Positions 41,975 to 59,236 are shown, counted from the stretch's first letter. The stretch: 64,000 bases of DNA from Octopus vulgaris (GCA_951406725.2 OX597817.1:62434001-62498000); one strand, 5' to 3'. Notes: generated from the letters alone by a model not told the origin. Translations and numbers: made by a program.

Positions 41975-42000
41975 TGTCTGTCTGTCTGTGTGTGTGTGTG

Positions 42001-42982
<982 letters not shown>

Positions 42983-44489
42983 TTCTGTTAGATTACTAAT
43001 AAAACCACATGATTGCTGTATGTGTAATAATTCTGAGAATCTCTCAATAATGTTTTTTTAAGTCTGTTAATCCAACGTCACACAATATACGTCCATATTA
43101 GTGAGTGTCTGAATATTTGTTACACTGCTGTGATTAATCTCTATTACTACTTGGAATTTCTCGAAAACCCTGGTCATGTAACAAATTTCTGAAAGAAGAG
43201 AGAGTCTATAGCAAAAATAATACGGCAATGGCAATTGGAAAGTCAAAGATTATATAGAGAGCTCTATTTTGTTATAAGTGGGAAAGAAAGGATTAGAGCC
43301 GTTAATAAAATGTAGGTTATGAATTTTGCGGGGGAAATATATGCATGTTAAGTATTCAGCAATAGACTATGTATCTCTAGAGAAAATTCTGTCGTTCATA
43401 AAGAAGCATCATTCCTAATTATTTTCTTCTATTATTTGATATTAGAAGACCATATAGGAAATATTTTTATGACATAGTTATTCGCAAGTTGGCTTCTATT
43501 TATCATTCGAAAACATAACTAATATAAGTACTTACACAGATATCTGGTTTATTATAACCTTCCTTCTGTACACGTCTTTCTATTCATACGCATACACACT
43601 TGCACCATATAGGGATGTGCGCACATCTACACTTACTCAGCCGTATACGCCAGCACTTCTTTCTGTTAAATGCATTGTCTCTCAATGAAACCATTAACTT
43701 CTCATGAATACACACACACGCACACATGCACACCCACGTGCACACAAAATACACACACACACAAATATATATGCATATGTATGTACATGTACATACTTAT
43801 GAATATTCACCTAGACACACATACTGACAGGTGTGTATGTGTGCGCCTGCGCGTGTGTGTCTTCGAAATTGAATATCCTTTGCCACTTTGCAATGTAGGT
43901 GTATTTCTTTGTAGTATTAGCATCTAAACTCTACGCAGTGCGTCCGTTCGCGTATTTGTATATGCATGTGTATAAGTGCGTTTGTGTGTGTGCGTATGTG
44001 TATGCGCATGTGTGAAAGAGAGAGAGAATGGAGTGAAATACTGAGCACTTCCTTTCGAGCGACAAAATTAAATAGTAGGTATTAATGGCCGAAGACCCTC
44101 GAGATGTTTGAAAATATGTTAACAAACGATGCTATTGCTCATAACTGCGATATAAGATAAATACTTAAATAAAAGAAAGAATAAATAAATAAGTATTCCA
44201 AACTATGATATTGTTTCAGCCACATACGTCATAAATGCTCAGGGGAAGGTTTTAAATGACGTATGTGCCCATGGGTAAAATCTAAACGTCAAATTTTCCA
44301 TTTCCCCTACAGTAAAATACAGTAGACGCCATGCTTAAGGAAAGTAACTCAAACACGGAAATAAAATTTTAAAAAAGGAGTAATTTCAAGTTATATTGGA
44401 TGTCCAAAGTTTTTCATAAGTACATTAGTAATTTTAAGTAACAAGTAATGAAAATACGACAAGCTATTTGGCCAAATAGATACATTCAC

Positions 44490-44830
44490 TGAGGAATGTA
44501 TATATAACAGGCCTTCAGGTTTAGCTGGCGAGGTAGATTAACAAATAAGGAAGTCCTCTACGAGGTAAACTCTCAAATACTGACAAACAACTTGACACAG
44601 CTTAGATTTCCCTTCTGGGGTCGCATTTTGTGCCTACCAGTTACTCGGCATTCAAAAACAGGAGTCGCATGGCTATCAAATAAATAAATAAGTAAAGAGA
44701 AGGACAGGACCAAGGAAACCTGCACGTTCAAGGAAAGTTTTAAATGCACTGGGTCTTTTGGAGAGGAGTAATTAGAACAACGGTAGATTATTCACAGTGG
44801 TCGAAACTGCTGGTATCTGTTGTAACCAGT
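44490..44830 (+). mobile_element. Old RTE-like LINE C-terminal remnant
   Basis: SWRGRLTNKEVL, QLRF and a GRP-like segment. Confidence 0.4.
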
Positions 44831-45919
44831 AGGATTCAAAAGTTGGTGACTTGATAGCGATGGTTGGTGTGTATTGTCGGTGTTGTAGTGGCCATGCAGT
44901 TCTTCCTAATTGTATTTTTGTGGTTGTTTAAGAATCAAGTCAATCCTCATAGACGTTAGATCAAACTTTTAGAATACATTACGATACCACATTATATGGT
45001 TTTATATGAAATAGATACGCATATCTACTTCACGCAATATATCATTATTCTTGTTAATGGTTGCGTTCGTATTAATGATAGAAATACGCATGCACGCATA
45101 CATACATACATACATACATACATACATACATACATACATACATACATACATACATACATACATACAAACTTTCCAGATGTTTATCAATTAAATATGCATG
45201 AGTATGTCTAGACATGTAAACTGTATTCATGAGAATACATACATAAAACAAAACATACAAATCTTCACAGACATATATATATATATATATATATATGTAT
45301 ATGTGAATATTGGTATAGTTGAAATTCGAATGAAGGAGCCTTGGATCTAGGTTAGAAACCGACTCTTTCTCTATTGGCAAAAAGTTTTGAAAAAAAAACT
45401 GAACGACATACATTCATACATGTATACATACATACATATATGCAAACATACATACATACATACATACATAATACATACATGCATGCATGCATGCATACAT
45501 ACATACATACATACATACATACAACCATACATACATACACATTCATATAGATATATACACATATGCATATATATTCACATAATGGACATTATTTACACAT
45601 ATGCGAGTATGTATGTGTGTGCATGTATATGTGTAATTTGATGATCGTTTTCCTAATCGTTAATTATATACTTTGATCTTATCTAAAATACATGTGACTA
45701 TTGGGCTAAGAAGAAAGGGTACTTTGAGATTTGAAACCATGTGAGTTACTGGAAGAGTGAATTTACAGACTGCTTCCCGAAATTAAAATTATATTTTACA
45801 ATTTCCGTAAGTGAGATATCCCATAATTTTGAGGTAGCTATAACACGGGTAATATTTGTACAAAAATATTAAACATTCATAGAGATATGAAATATCCATT
45901 ATTTCCGTGGTCTTCAACA

Positions 45920-45966
<47 letters not shown>

Positions 45967-46037
45967 TCTCACTCTCTATCTATCTATCTATCTCTTTCCC
46001 CGCTCTCCTTTCTCTCTCACTATCAATCCCTCACCGC

Positions 46038-46069
<32 letters not shown>

Positions 46070-46971
46070 CCTCTCTCTCACTATCAATCTCTCACTGCCC
46101 TCTCTCTGTCTTTCTCTGTATTATTCTATTCTGATCCATTTTTGGCACTCTTCTTAAGCCTTGCACATATACACATCTGCAGACAAATATGCATACATAA
46201 TATATACGAACCTGTATAGAAATATATGCAAATATTACTATGTAGATGGCAGAGAGGGAAGTGTTATAAAAGTTCACTTATTCACATGAGTGGAAAATGC
46301 TCCCGTTTTAGAATATTTTATGAAGGATTTGGTGTTATTTGTTTTTCATTCATTGAAACTCTAAATCTTCACTTTTCAAAAATAAACACTAATAAATAGA
46401 CTAAACACAGTGCATTCATTAACAACATGCCAATCGGTTGATTGTGTCATGCATTGAAAACGGTTTGACAGGAAACTAGTTCGTTTATTAATATCATACT
46501 GTAAATTATGTGTTTCTAAAATCTGTTACAATATATCAATCGTTTTATTATTTTCGAAGCGATGAATATTCGCTTTTAAAAATAATTCATTATTTTATTT
46601 ATTTTTCGTTTTTCCTTTCTATATTCTTTCTTTCCAACATTTTAATGTCATTTTTTAAAATTTTCGTCGTCATATGTTTGGGATGCCTTTTGTTTGTATA
46701 TTTTATTTCTATTTTCAGGAAAAAAATCATTTTACCCAAATGCATACTATTTTAATAACACTCTGGAAAGCATATTGCAAAATCATTCTGCATAATGTGC
46801 TATTGTGTTCTTTCATGTTAATGATTAGCGCTACTAAACAAATACGACTTAAATTTTATATCATTTCTGTCCCATAGGAATATTTTTCAGCTCAAGGAAA
46901 GCTAGAGAAGTATAATTCTAATTTTTATTTTGCATTCGACAAGTGGCAAAGTGGACGACAAATTAACACAT

Positions 46972-47042
<71 letters not shown>

Positions 47043-47150
47043 TGTCTGTCTGTCTGTGTGTCTGTGTCTCTGTGTGCTTGCGTGTGTGTCTCCCTATATA
47101 TATAACAAATATATGGGAGTGTGTATATATAATAGTATCATATTGTATAT

Positions 47151-47204
<54 letters not shown>

Positions 47205-47278
47205 TGTGTGTGTGTATCTGTGTGTATCTCGCTAAGAGATTTAAAACAAGATGTTTTACTCTCTCTCTCTCTCTCTCT

Positions 47279-47440
<162 letters not shown>

Positions 47441-47901
47441 ATGTATATGTATCCATGTATGTATGTAAATATGCTGGCTTATTTTGCTAAGAATGCTGAC
47501 GGATTCCCACAGCTATACAATCAGAAATATTATGAAAAAACAGGAATATTTTGTTATTGTTTGATTATTGTACATTTTCAAAGAAAGATTTATGCGTTTT
47601 AAATATTTAAATACATTTAGCACAACTAGTTGGTGGTTCTGAAAAAATGAAAAATTGATTTTTATTTTTAAAAACAAATTTATTTTTATTTTACATTCAT
47701 CACTCTAGACAAATAGTATCCACTTCCTTCATCTTTTAAATTTTACACGCATACTTAGGCACACGCATGCGTAAATAAAATTTGTATATGAGTGTTTACA
47801 TATGAGCATATGGTTATATATGGATGTAGATGCATAAAGAAACATATTTTATTTATATGTGTGTATGTATGTATTTATGTATGTGTATACATATATATGT
47901 G

Positions 47902-47938
<37 letters not shown>

Positions 47939-48526
47939 CTATTTATTGATATATATTTATATACATGATCACATTCCCTGGTTACTGTACTAGAGCCCAG
48001 CTACAGCACTGCGTTCCGATCAAATCAGTAGTTAATTGCAATAAGTAGATCTTCTTGGAACTAATGTGTCTGAATTTCACGATAGAGACCCACCAGTAGT
48101 CATCTTTTAAATACAAGTTCTGTAGCAAACACAATGAGTGCACGGATTTCTGCAAATGCAAACACACATACACACGCAAATGTATGTGCATGTAAACGTG
48201 TTTGTGTGTGTGTGTGTGTGCACGCAAATTCATCCTCATATACGCATAGGTGTCTGCATGCATACATATGTATTTTAGACATAAATATAAATATACGTAT
48301 ATATATTATTTCACATTGCTCCAGTTCACTCAGCTGTAGAAATGAGTTGCGACGTCAGAGGTGCCAAGCTGTATCGGTCTTTGCCTTTCCCTTGGATAAT
48401 ACTGGTGGCGTGGAGAGGGGAGGTTGGTATACATGGGCGACTGGTGGTCTTCCATAACCGACCTTGCCCAGATTTGTGCCGCGACCGCCGCAATCGCATG
48501 GTCAGTCATGACCGAAGAGGGTCTCA

Positions 48527-48566
<40 letters not shown>

Positions 48567-49969
48567 AGGGAAGCTTAGGTGTATCGCGAACGCAAATTGC
48601 ATAAAATGTGTTGTCACAGAGAACGACTCACGCGATATACCTACATTAATTAACATTATCTTCATAATTTTACAATAAAACTCAAACATCAATTTCATAA
48701 ATGTATCTTTCCATTAAGAAAAAATACGTATTTATTATTTTAGATTATTATTTGTTAATATTAATAAGTTATTGATATCTAAAATTAATGCTGTGCTTTG
48801 GAAGAATCATTACAACGCCGGAAATAATGTTTATCATATTTCTTCAGACATTACGTTCTGAGTGCAAATGCCGCCTGCATTGACATTGCCTTTTATCCTT
48901 TCGGGGATGAGAACCTGCATGGATACAATCGCCTTACTCGTACCCTGAAATTTCTGGCCGTGTATCAAAATTTGAAACCGATATTACCTGAAATTTAAGG
49001 TCGGTCAACTGGCATAATCGTTAGCAGGACGGGTAAAATAGGGGCTTTTTGTCCGTTTTACGAAGTGAGATGAAGTCCTACCGTGGTTCATTTGCTCTTC
49101 ATACTTATGAAGTTACTCTTTTTCTCTTTTCCTTGTTCAGTCATTTGACTGTGACCATGCAGGAGCACCGCTTTTAGCCGAGGAAATCGACCCCAGGACT
49201 TCTTCTTATATTTGAGCCCTTGGGTGGGCGTTATCGACTTGCCCTCCCACAAATGTTCAGGCCGTGTTCCTATAATAGAAAACACATTACCTAAATCTAC
49301 CTGTCTATCTTTATATATATATATATATATATTTCCATACCCCGAGAATATTTTGGGGTATCATTTTAACATCAATCCTGAATACGGTTCTTATCTTTAT
49401 TCATTCTCCAGCTTATAGCTTTCTGTAATACAGCCTGCATTATAGAGTATCTATAATTTACTTCTCACTCTCTAACATGAGGTTTCACATGCATGTAGAG
49501 AATCAATTAGCATTTTTTATTAAATATATCACTATTATAATATAGAAATGGTTGACTTGATGGTAATTGAGAGGTCGATATGTAAATATAACGTCACAAA
49601 TTTCTCTAACATCAGTAAATATTCATAAGTTACAGAAATATGCTTCTAAAAATGCCTTCCCTGACATTCAGAGATAACAATTTTTTAAAATTATATTTTT
49701 GTAACATAAAAAAATATGAGAGATTAATGTACATAGATTATATATTATACTGCATTATGGCATATATTTAATGCATGTGTGGGGGTGTGTGCGTGTGTGT
49801 ATGCATGTTTGTGATTGTATCTAGGTATGTGTGACTGTGTGCGTGACGCTTGTAAATATTCATGTATTCGGTTTTTTTGTGTATATGTATATTTATGTAT
49901 TATATGCATCTATGTACGTTTGTTATGTATGGATATATGTTTACGCTTATATATGTATAATACGAACAA

Positions 49970-50022
<53 letters not shown>

Positions 50023-50114
50023 TTTCATATGTATTTATGTATGTATATTACATATATAGGCGTAATAAAAATCTATATACACACACACGCATATATATAT
50101 ATATATATATATAT

Positions 50115-50479
<365 letters not shown>

Positions 50480-51437
50480 TAATAATGATTTCCGATGTAT
50501 GTTACATATAGATCCAAAGAAAATATGGAGAAAAAAATCGAAATCCACCTGGTATGTGTTGTGCTTCAGGAGTTATGACCCCAGAAAAATGATTATTTTA
50601 CGGTCTCTCGAAAATTTCTAATTTTTTATGATATCAATATATACGCACATATATATAAACATCCACACACACATATATATATATATAATTTTGTGTGTGT
50701 GTGTGTGTACGCGCGCGTATGTTCCTCATGGATTCGAATAGTGAGTTGCCATATTAACGTATGAGGTGTCGAAAGATTGAGTAATCCTTCCGCTACCAAA
50801 CAAAATATGTTTTTTCACATTTATTCATTTTTGTTTCAAAAACGAATTTGGGTCGCACAATTCTGCCTGAACAATAATTTTTAAAGAAATCTGGACCCCT
50901 TACCTGCTAACCATTCAGACGAGGGCAGCAGAATCCAAATCCCTTACAATTGTTAATTGTTGGAAGTCAAGCAGTCTGAGATGTACACATAGTGTTATCG
51001 TATATAGTGGAAATTTCAAAACGAAGTTTTCAACACATGGTCTTGTGGTTAGTAATCCATTACCTTAAATTTGGAGCCATTAAGTCTTTAAACATTATTT
51101 TACTGGGTTTAGTCTTTCAACTGTCACCATGATGGGATATCACCTTCAAACAAATTAATTGATCATACTGATCTAAGTACGTATTTTACCCTGGCAGTTA
51201 TTTCATGGATCTCTATGTACTGCTACTTTGAGACATAGTGGGACACAATTCTCGATTTAACAACAAATGTAAACACACACTCACACACACATTAGGTGCA
51301 AGTATAACTATGTAGTTGAGAGGTTTGCTTCTCAACCATATGGTTCCACTTTGAGCCCCTCTGCATGGTAATTGGGTAAGTGTTTTCTACTGTAGGCCTA
51401 GCACAAAACAAATAATACAATGTAGTTGTAGGTCATA

Positions 51438-51468
51438 ACACCCGAGCAACGCCGGAGTACATTGCTAG
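51438..51468 (+). mobile_element. Helitron 3' terminus
   Basis: CCCGAGCAACGCCGG hairpin-like sequence followed by CTAG|T; the 5' end was not identified. Confidence 0.5.
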
Positions 51469-51818
51469 TATACACATATATATATATATACACACAGAGA
51501 AAGAGAGATAGGTAGATACATGCATACCTGCACCATATGCACATAGAGAGAAGAATATAAACAAAAATTTTTATGGTATAAGTTTTCCGTCAATTCAGAG
51601 ATCAGCATTTTATCGTTAGCTGCTGACACTTATGCTATTCTACATAAAAATAATGCATTATAAAATAAGGGGTTATTTCGCATTGCATTTGTTGAAGCTG
51701 TACATATATCTAGCACATCAATAAATGTGTTCCGTCGATTTATTCTCTGTATTTTCTGTCAAAGTATATGAGATCATATTGATGGGCATTTGAGATTACG
51801 TACATATGTGTGTATATA

Positions 51819-51854
<36 letters not shown>

Positions 51855-51880
51855 TGTATATGTATATTATATGTGTGTGA

Positions 51881-51918
<38 letters not shown>

Positions 51919-51997
51919 GGCTGACAATAGATAATTTTCGTTTCTTATTATGGAAACAAAAAATATATATAGGACGCAATAAAGAAGTGCTCATCTG

Positions 51998-52046
<49 letters not shown>

Positions 52047-52049
<3 letters not shown>

Positions 52050-54483
52050 TTTGATACTTTGATACTTTGATAGCTTTCGGCCATTATTGACCCAGACCAT
52101 GTCTAACTTAATAGCACCACCTGGTGAAGTCTTTCAAGTCAGAATTTGGGCACTATGGCCCACTCAAGTAGAGAGTTATTGTTTACAGAGACATATCCGG
52201 GTGTAGGGGGTTTATCCGGGATTTCTTGAAGGAATCTGTCCAAAGACTTCTTGAACCCTATAGGGTCAGTTTCTGTTTTAATGTGTTTTGGTGTAATGTT
52301 AAAGAGAGCGGGGCCAATTGAGGTGAAATAATTGTGCCGTATTGTTGTTATGAGATGAGAGTGCGATTTTTGTTTTGGGCGGATGGCACGGGGCCCAAGC
52401 CTTGGATGTACCTTAAAGGTGATGCCAACATCATTTGGGCAATGCTGATGGAATATTTTCCACATCATGCAGATGATGTAGCGCTCACGACGACGTTGGA
52501 GAGAATAGAGTTTTAGCTTTTCTAGTCGACCCCAATAGTCGAGACCTGTCATGCCATCTATCTTTTATGTGATTGCCCTTTGAGGTGCTTCAACTTTTAT
52601 GATACCTTGTATTGTGTGGGGAGACCACAGTGGACAACAGTATTCAAGGTGGGGTCGGGCAAAAGTGGAGAAGAGAAGGATAATGGTGTGGATATCTCCC
52701 GACTGGAAAGTTCTGAGAATCCAGGAACACATTCTACGGGCCATGTCAACTTTGGTGTTTATATGAGTGGCCCAGCTTATGTTGTTGTCCACAATTACTC
52801 CCAAGTCTCTGATGTTGTTGGACGCCGCGAGAGTTTCACCTGAAGGAAGGGAGTATGGGAGTTTCAGGGCATCCTCTTTTCCAAAGTGGATTAGCTCAAA
52901 TTTATCCTCGTTCAGCAGCATATTGTTTTTTTCTGCCCATTGGATAACAGCCAGTAGATCTGACTGAAGGCATGTCCGGTCACTCGCCTCATTTATGACC
53001 TTCTGTAGCTTGGAGTCATCTGCAAAGATTTTTATGTTGCTGTGCTTGATGATGTCATTAATGTCATTAATGTAAATGATGAAAAGAAGTGGGCCCAGCA
53101 CAGTGCCTTGCGGAACGCCACTACTGACTTTGGCTGGGCTTGATTTTACCCCTTCAACTACAACATGTTGAGATCTGTCTGTCAGGAAACACTTGATCCA
53201 TTTCAGTAACTTTCCAGAGACACCAATGTTGGATAGTTTTTTCAATAGGATCTTGTGATCGACCCTGTCGAAGGCCTTACTGAAATCAAGGTAGATGACA
53301 TCGGTGTTGGAGCCCTCTCCCAAAGCTCTCAAAATGTCCTCAAAGTGATGCAGGAGCTGCGTTAGGCAGTCCCTTCCATTACGGAACCCATGTTGGTTGG
53401 AGATCAGCCGTCTGTTGCTTTCCAGAAATTGGGTTATTCGAGATCTCACCACCCTCTCAAATACCTTAATGATATGAGAGGTGAGTGAGATCGGACGGTA
53501 ATTCACTGCAAGGGACTTGTTTCCCTTTTTGAAAACTGGGACAACAGACTGGGACAGAAGGTTTTTTGGAATATAGCCAGCATCCAGTGAGTTTCTCCAC
53601 AGATTAGCAAGGGGAGATGCAAGTTGGTGTCGACACACCTTCAGGACACAAGCAGGGAACCTATCGGGGCCTACTGCTGAATTGTGTTTTATTTCGTTTA
53701 TCGCCGCTAAGACATCAGGGGCACTAAACGTTATGTCCGATATAGTGTGTTGGGGGTTGACATCACTGATACAGCCCAGATCGGCCATATCAGGATTGCT
53801 GAAAACAGAGCAGTATTGTTTCTGCAGTATCTCGGCCATGGATTTGGCATTATCTTGGAGAGTTCCAGTTTCGTCAATTAGAGGGCCTACAGTGGAGACA
53901 GTGACCCTGCGTTTCCTCGCAAATGAAAAGAACACTTTGGGGTTGAGTTTGATTTTTTCAATGGCCCACTTCTCCTCAGCTGATCTTTGGTTATTGATGA
54001 GGGTCTTCATGCATTGTTGGAGGTTATATTTTTTGGATTCAAGCAGTGCGATAGCCGTCGAATGTGTGTGTTGCTGTTGGCAGTACTTTAGTTTGTTAAT
54101 TTTTTTGTTTGTTCTTTTTATTTTTCTGATAATGGTTTTTCTGTTTTGGGGGATTCTGCACTTTTTGTTCACAGGTCTTGGTGGGGAGTGTTTTGCACAT
54201 ATGTCTGTGACGGTGTCTACAAAGATCTGCCAAGATGTTTTATGGTTGGTGGAGATGTGTGTATGTGTAAAGGACCAGTCAACATGTGATAGCTCGTTCC
54301 TGATTGCATCCCAGTTGGCATTATGGAGATCCATGTTGTCAAATGGGTGGGCTGGAGGAAGGTCACTAGGATTAGCTTTCGGCTGGTGGAATTTCATGTT
54401 ACAGAGAACCATGTCATGGTCTGAAAGAAGGGTTTTTTCCACTGTAACGTTATGTATAGTGTTAGTGTGGTTACTAAACACTA
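52047..54483 (-). mobile_element. 5'-truncated CR1-group LINE with a (TATCAAAG)3 tail, in (TA)n
   Basis: Long RT ORF, short 3' UTR, 8-bp tandem tail, TA arrays on both sides. Confidence 0.9.
52139..54481 (-). pseudogene. LINE ORF2 (end of APE domain plus reverse transcriptase) with one in-frame TAA at 52565-52567
   Basis: SDHDMV, NYRPISLTS, QHGFR, DFSKAFDRV, GVPQGTVLGPLLF and FADD motifs; the frame continues AIT*KIDGMTGLDYWGRLEKLKLYSLQRRRER. Confidence 0.92.
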
Positions 54484-54518
54484 TTTATATGTATGCATAT
54501 ATATATTTATATGTATGC

Positions 54519-54638
<120 letters not shown>

Positions 54639-55020
54639 AAGTGAGGGGTGTATTTGTGTATTATCAGCAAACAATGTATATTTCAAATTGTGGTATTTAA
54701 TACACTAGCAGAGAAAGATTATGATGTGAATTCAAGCATATGCAGAGGTTATATCTGCCTACATATTTATTGGCAACTTTTAATATAAGTTTTTAGCTAA
54801 GTAATATTTTGTCAGAGAACACCCAACAAAGCTTCTAACATCATTGATGACGATGTTTCCCTTCTGCGCATTATATATGAACATACACGCATTTTACCTA
54901 ATGCTCTTTCATTTGTCTTCATGTAGGAAGCATAAGACAATCGGTTCATGGTTTTTCTAGCGGTAACTTAACACACTCTAAGTAGAACTTGAAGCAAGGA
55001 GCCTGCCCCATATACATAAA

Positions 55021-55090
<70 letters not shown>

Positions 55091-55092
<2 letters not shown>

Positions 55093-55950
55093 GCGCTGGC
55101 GTGGCTGAGTGGTAAGAAGTTTGGTTCACAACCACAGGGTACCGGGTTCAGTCGTACTGCGTGGCATTATAGGCGAGTGTCTTCTACTATAGCCTCGTGA
55201 GTGTCTTCTACTATAGCCTTGTGCGTGTATATATTAGACGGAAACTGAAAGAAGACCGTCGTATATATGTATGTGTATGTATGTGTGTGTATGTGTGTGA
55301 GTCTGTGTTTGTGCCCCCACCATCACTTGACAACTGTTGTAGTTCGGTAAAAGAAACCGCTAGAATAAGTACTAGGCTTATCACAGTCCAACGCCAGTAC
55401 ACTAAAAGGATTGAAACAGCGCTGCGGACGAACTACAAGGACAGGCTGAGAAAACTGCAACTTTACTCCATCGAGCGAAATTGCGAGTGCTGTACAATAA
55501 TCTGCATATGGAAAACTCTAAAAGTACCTAAGTTCGGCATTGAGTGTTTTACAAATGCCAGAACTTGCCGCCATTGTATTGTATCAAAGGTACCATCTAC
55601 TCCATCGAAATTCAGGACCAGGTACTACAATTGTCTAGGGTTCAAATGCCCACAGCTCTTCAATGGACTGCCACAAAAATTAAGAAAGCTGCATCAGGTG
55701 GGATTAGATGTCTTCAAAAAGGAACTAGATATCCTCCTCTCGACAATACCGGATGAACCAACTACGCAACATGAGGTACAGACGGGGGCAGCGGAATCCA
55801 ACTCCCATATACACCAAATGACCAACAGCTGGGACAAAGCACATACAGGAGTGGTGATGTGAAACACCTCAGACTGAGGAAATCAGAAAGACTACAGTAG
55901 TGCCCCAGCATGACAGCAGCCGCATGGCTGAAACGAGTAAAAGAGTAGAA
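55091..55950 (+). mobile_element. tRNA-derived SINE interrupted by a CR1-group LINE 3' fragment (~55383-55895)
   Basis: SINE sequence to 55380, then VQRQYTKRI..NYKDRLRKLQLYSIER..PQLFNGLP..FKKELDILLSTIPDEP, then the SINE tail resumes. Confidence 0.8.
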
Positions 55951-56410
55951 AAAGAAAAAAATGATAGCCGAAAGACGTTTGTGCATTGTATATGTATTGA
56001 ATATGTATAATTATTTTTCTGTTGCACTTGCATTGTTATTTCATAACGTCACGTTCGACCAATAGTCGAGCGATCCTTTCTATTATTTCTTTATTTGTAT
56101 TCGTAAATGTACAATTATTTTCCGACTGTTGTATAGCCAACATGGACTAATATTGAACTCTAAAAGCATAAAGACACTACAATGTATTGGTATAATTATT
56201 TATTAATTTTTGTATACATTTGTTATTTTTTGGAAAAACATTGTAGATATCTTTTTTCCCCTTCCTCAATTTTAAAAAAATGTTTTCCCATTCCAAATCT
56301 TGAAAATTTGCCATGCAATGAAGCCTGTATGACTTTTTTTATAATTTTTCATACACCCATTTTTATTAAAATTTACTTTCAATTTAACATCCTGCCTTAT
56401 TTTTTCCTCT

Positions 56411-56467
<57 letters not shown>

Positions 56468-56878
56468 GTGTGCGTGCTTGTGAGTGTTCAAGAGTGTGAA
56501 TGTTATTAACTTGATGTTTGAGGAATTGGAAATAATAAATAATTATGACGTTTCGGATACTTCAATTCACAAGAGATTTGAAGATGAAAGATCAACGGAA
56601 AACAGAGAGCGAAGGAAGAACTAGAAAAGCAAAATTAGAGAGAGCAATTGCGTTGAAAAACGCTATGACGTCTTCATCTGCAGCGATTATACTCCTGCCA
56701 AACCGAAAATAAGAAATAGACTAAATGTCTTATTTTTCGACATGATTCTTTGTGCGTCGTCTATCTGGGAGTCTGAATGTGGGCGCGTGTTTGTGTAGGT
56801 CTTTTATATATATATACATGTCAGAATGTGCGCGTTCGTGTATGTGCATGTGTAAGACGTATGTATATATATATATAC

Positions 56879-56935
<57 letters not shown>

Positions 56936-56942
<7 letters not shown>

Positions 56943-57090
56943 TATTATATCATTATATCATATTATATTATATTATATTATATTATATTATATTATATTA
57001 TATTATATTATTATATTATATTATATTATATTGTGTTATATTTTATTATATTATATTATATTATTATATATTATATTATATTATATTGCA
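56936..57090. repeat. (ATTAT)n pentanucleotide-type array
   Basis: Read directly from the sequence. Confidence 0.9.
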
Positions 57091-58201
57091 CTATATCATA
57101 TTGTATGCATATAAATTTCAGCATTTCTGAGTTTAGACTTTATCATAGTTTGCTTTTTTCTTTTGGGTTTTGTTTTATCTATTTATCTATTTATTTACTT
57201 TTGTATGATTTCGCTGAATGCACTATATTTGAATACATATCGATTTTATATAGTTAGGATATTTACCCTTAAATAACAGAATAATCAAAAACTCACAATA
57301 CACTTTGATTCTCTCTATTTGACCAAGAAACTATGATAATTCAAAAGACACATACAATGAACACATTCAATATAGATAAATTATGCTGCTCACAAATCTT
57401 CGAACATCTCTCGTGGAAAAATTATGATTTTTTTCAAAGAATCACGAATGTCATTGCTGTCGTGAATGTTTGCGTAATAGAATCAACTTAAAATAACATC
57501 TATAGTCACCTCGTATTATACAACTTACGTGTCGGAGAACTGTGTTTCAAAAATTTGTATGCCATTGGTTCATACGAAATGAACCAATGAAATGCTGATG
57601 TGCAATGAACGTATCAAAATCAAAATAAACAATAATGGTAGACAGTTTCAATAAACTAAAGCATGTCATCCGTTAATGTTAAATATCACAGACCTCTTGT
57701 GAATATCACCTTCAAGAATGACTCAAATGTCACGTCTGAATTAAGACTAATTCATCATAAAAAAATTTACTTAATGTAGGGTATTCTTCACTGTATATTC
57801 TCAAACATTGTGACAAATAAATGTGTTGTGAATTAAATTTGGGGTGTTCTTCGTTTTACAAGAGGTTATAAAAATGACAGCTCTGAAATAAATATGATCT
57901 AAATAAAAAAAAATGTAAGATAGTAAAAAATGACTATGTAACTATGTGATATACACTTATACTTAGAGAAATCAATATAAAATACACACATACATATATC
58001 TAAATATATATGTCTGTGTGTCTGTGTTTTTGTGTGTGCGCGTGTGTGTGGTGTGCGTGTGTTTCTCCTTGATTTTATTGGTTTAAATTCTGCTTAATAG
58101 ATAAAGAGTTGTTTGGGGCGTAGAAAAAGGAAACAAACATCGTTGTTTAGACATCAATTAAAGCAGCTGTATATGTATGTACACACATACACGACTACTT
58201 T

Positions 58202-58301
<100 letters not shown>

Positions 58302-59236
58302 ACAGACAGAGAGGCACATACATACATACGTACATACATACATACATACATACATACATACATACATACATACATACATACATACGTACGAACTACATAC
58401 ATACATACATACATACATACATACATACATACATACATGCATGCATATATGAAAGAAGCACTGATGGAAGCACAATAATACGTGTTGAGATGTCACATGG
58501 CATGTAAGTTTCAATACAATAAGAATCTATAAGAAATCTCACATTAATTGGAGTATTGAGTGCCTCGAGCTACAGGAAATGCATTGTTTTTCTTCCATCA
58601 AATCCTTTAAATCACCACAAAACTGAATTGAAAATTCACATACACATGTGCGTGCGCATGCGCGCACACTCACACGCACACATACACACACATATATATA
58701 TACATAGTTTACTTATCCGTTAGGGTAAGAGCAGTAAAGTAAGTACTCCAGTCTATATGAGATAGATATCTTTATTGTTTAATGTACACAACTCTCCAAG
58801 TATGAAACTGTCAGCCCATATCTATATACAGCATACATTAAACAATACACACACATACGCACACACATGTGTGTGTTTATACACACAGACACAGACCTTT
58901 TTATTGATACATTTATATATATATATATATATATACATGAATTTATATTTGTGTGTTTTTGCGTGTGGAGGTGTGGGCTGTACTTGTGTGTGAGTACTCA
59001 TGTAAATATGAATATGTGATAATAAAGAAAGGTAGGCAAAATTTGGTTAAATGTTATCTACACACTACTTTCGTCCCCATCGGGGGTTCATCATTAATGT
59101 CAAGCTTTTGAAAATTTATTTCTTGACGAAAGTCAAGAGTTCAATTTGTTTTCTTGGCTTCAGAGAAGGAAGAGAAAATATTAAACATAAAGGTGGATTT
59201 ATAGGCCGAAACTGAAACGATCCCGTCAAATACATG

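Noticed and set aside
56543-56590. Minus-strand stem plus GAAACGTC resembling the 3' half of a hammerhead
   Set aside because: The CUGANGA half is missing; too degenerate to call.
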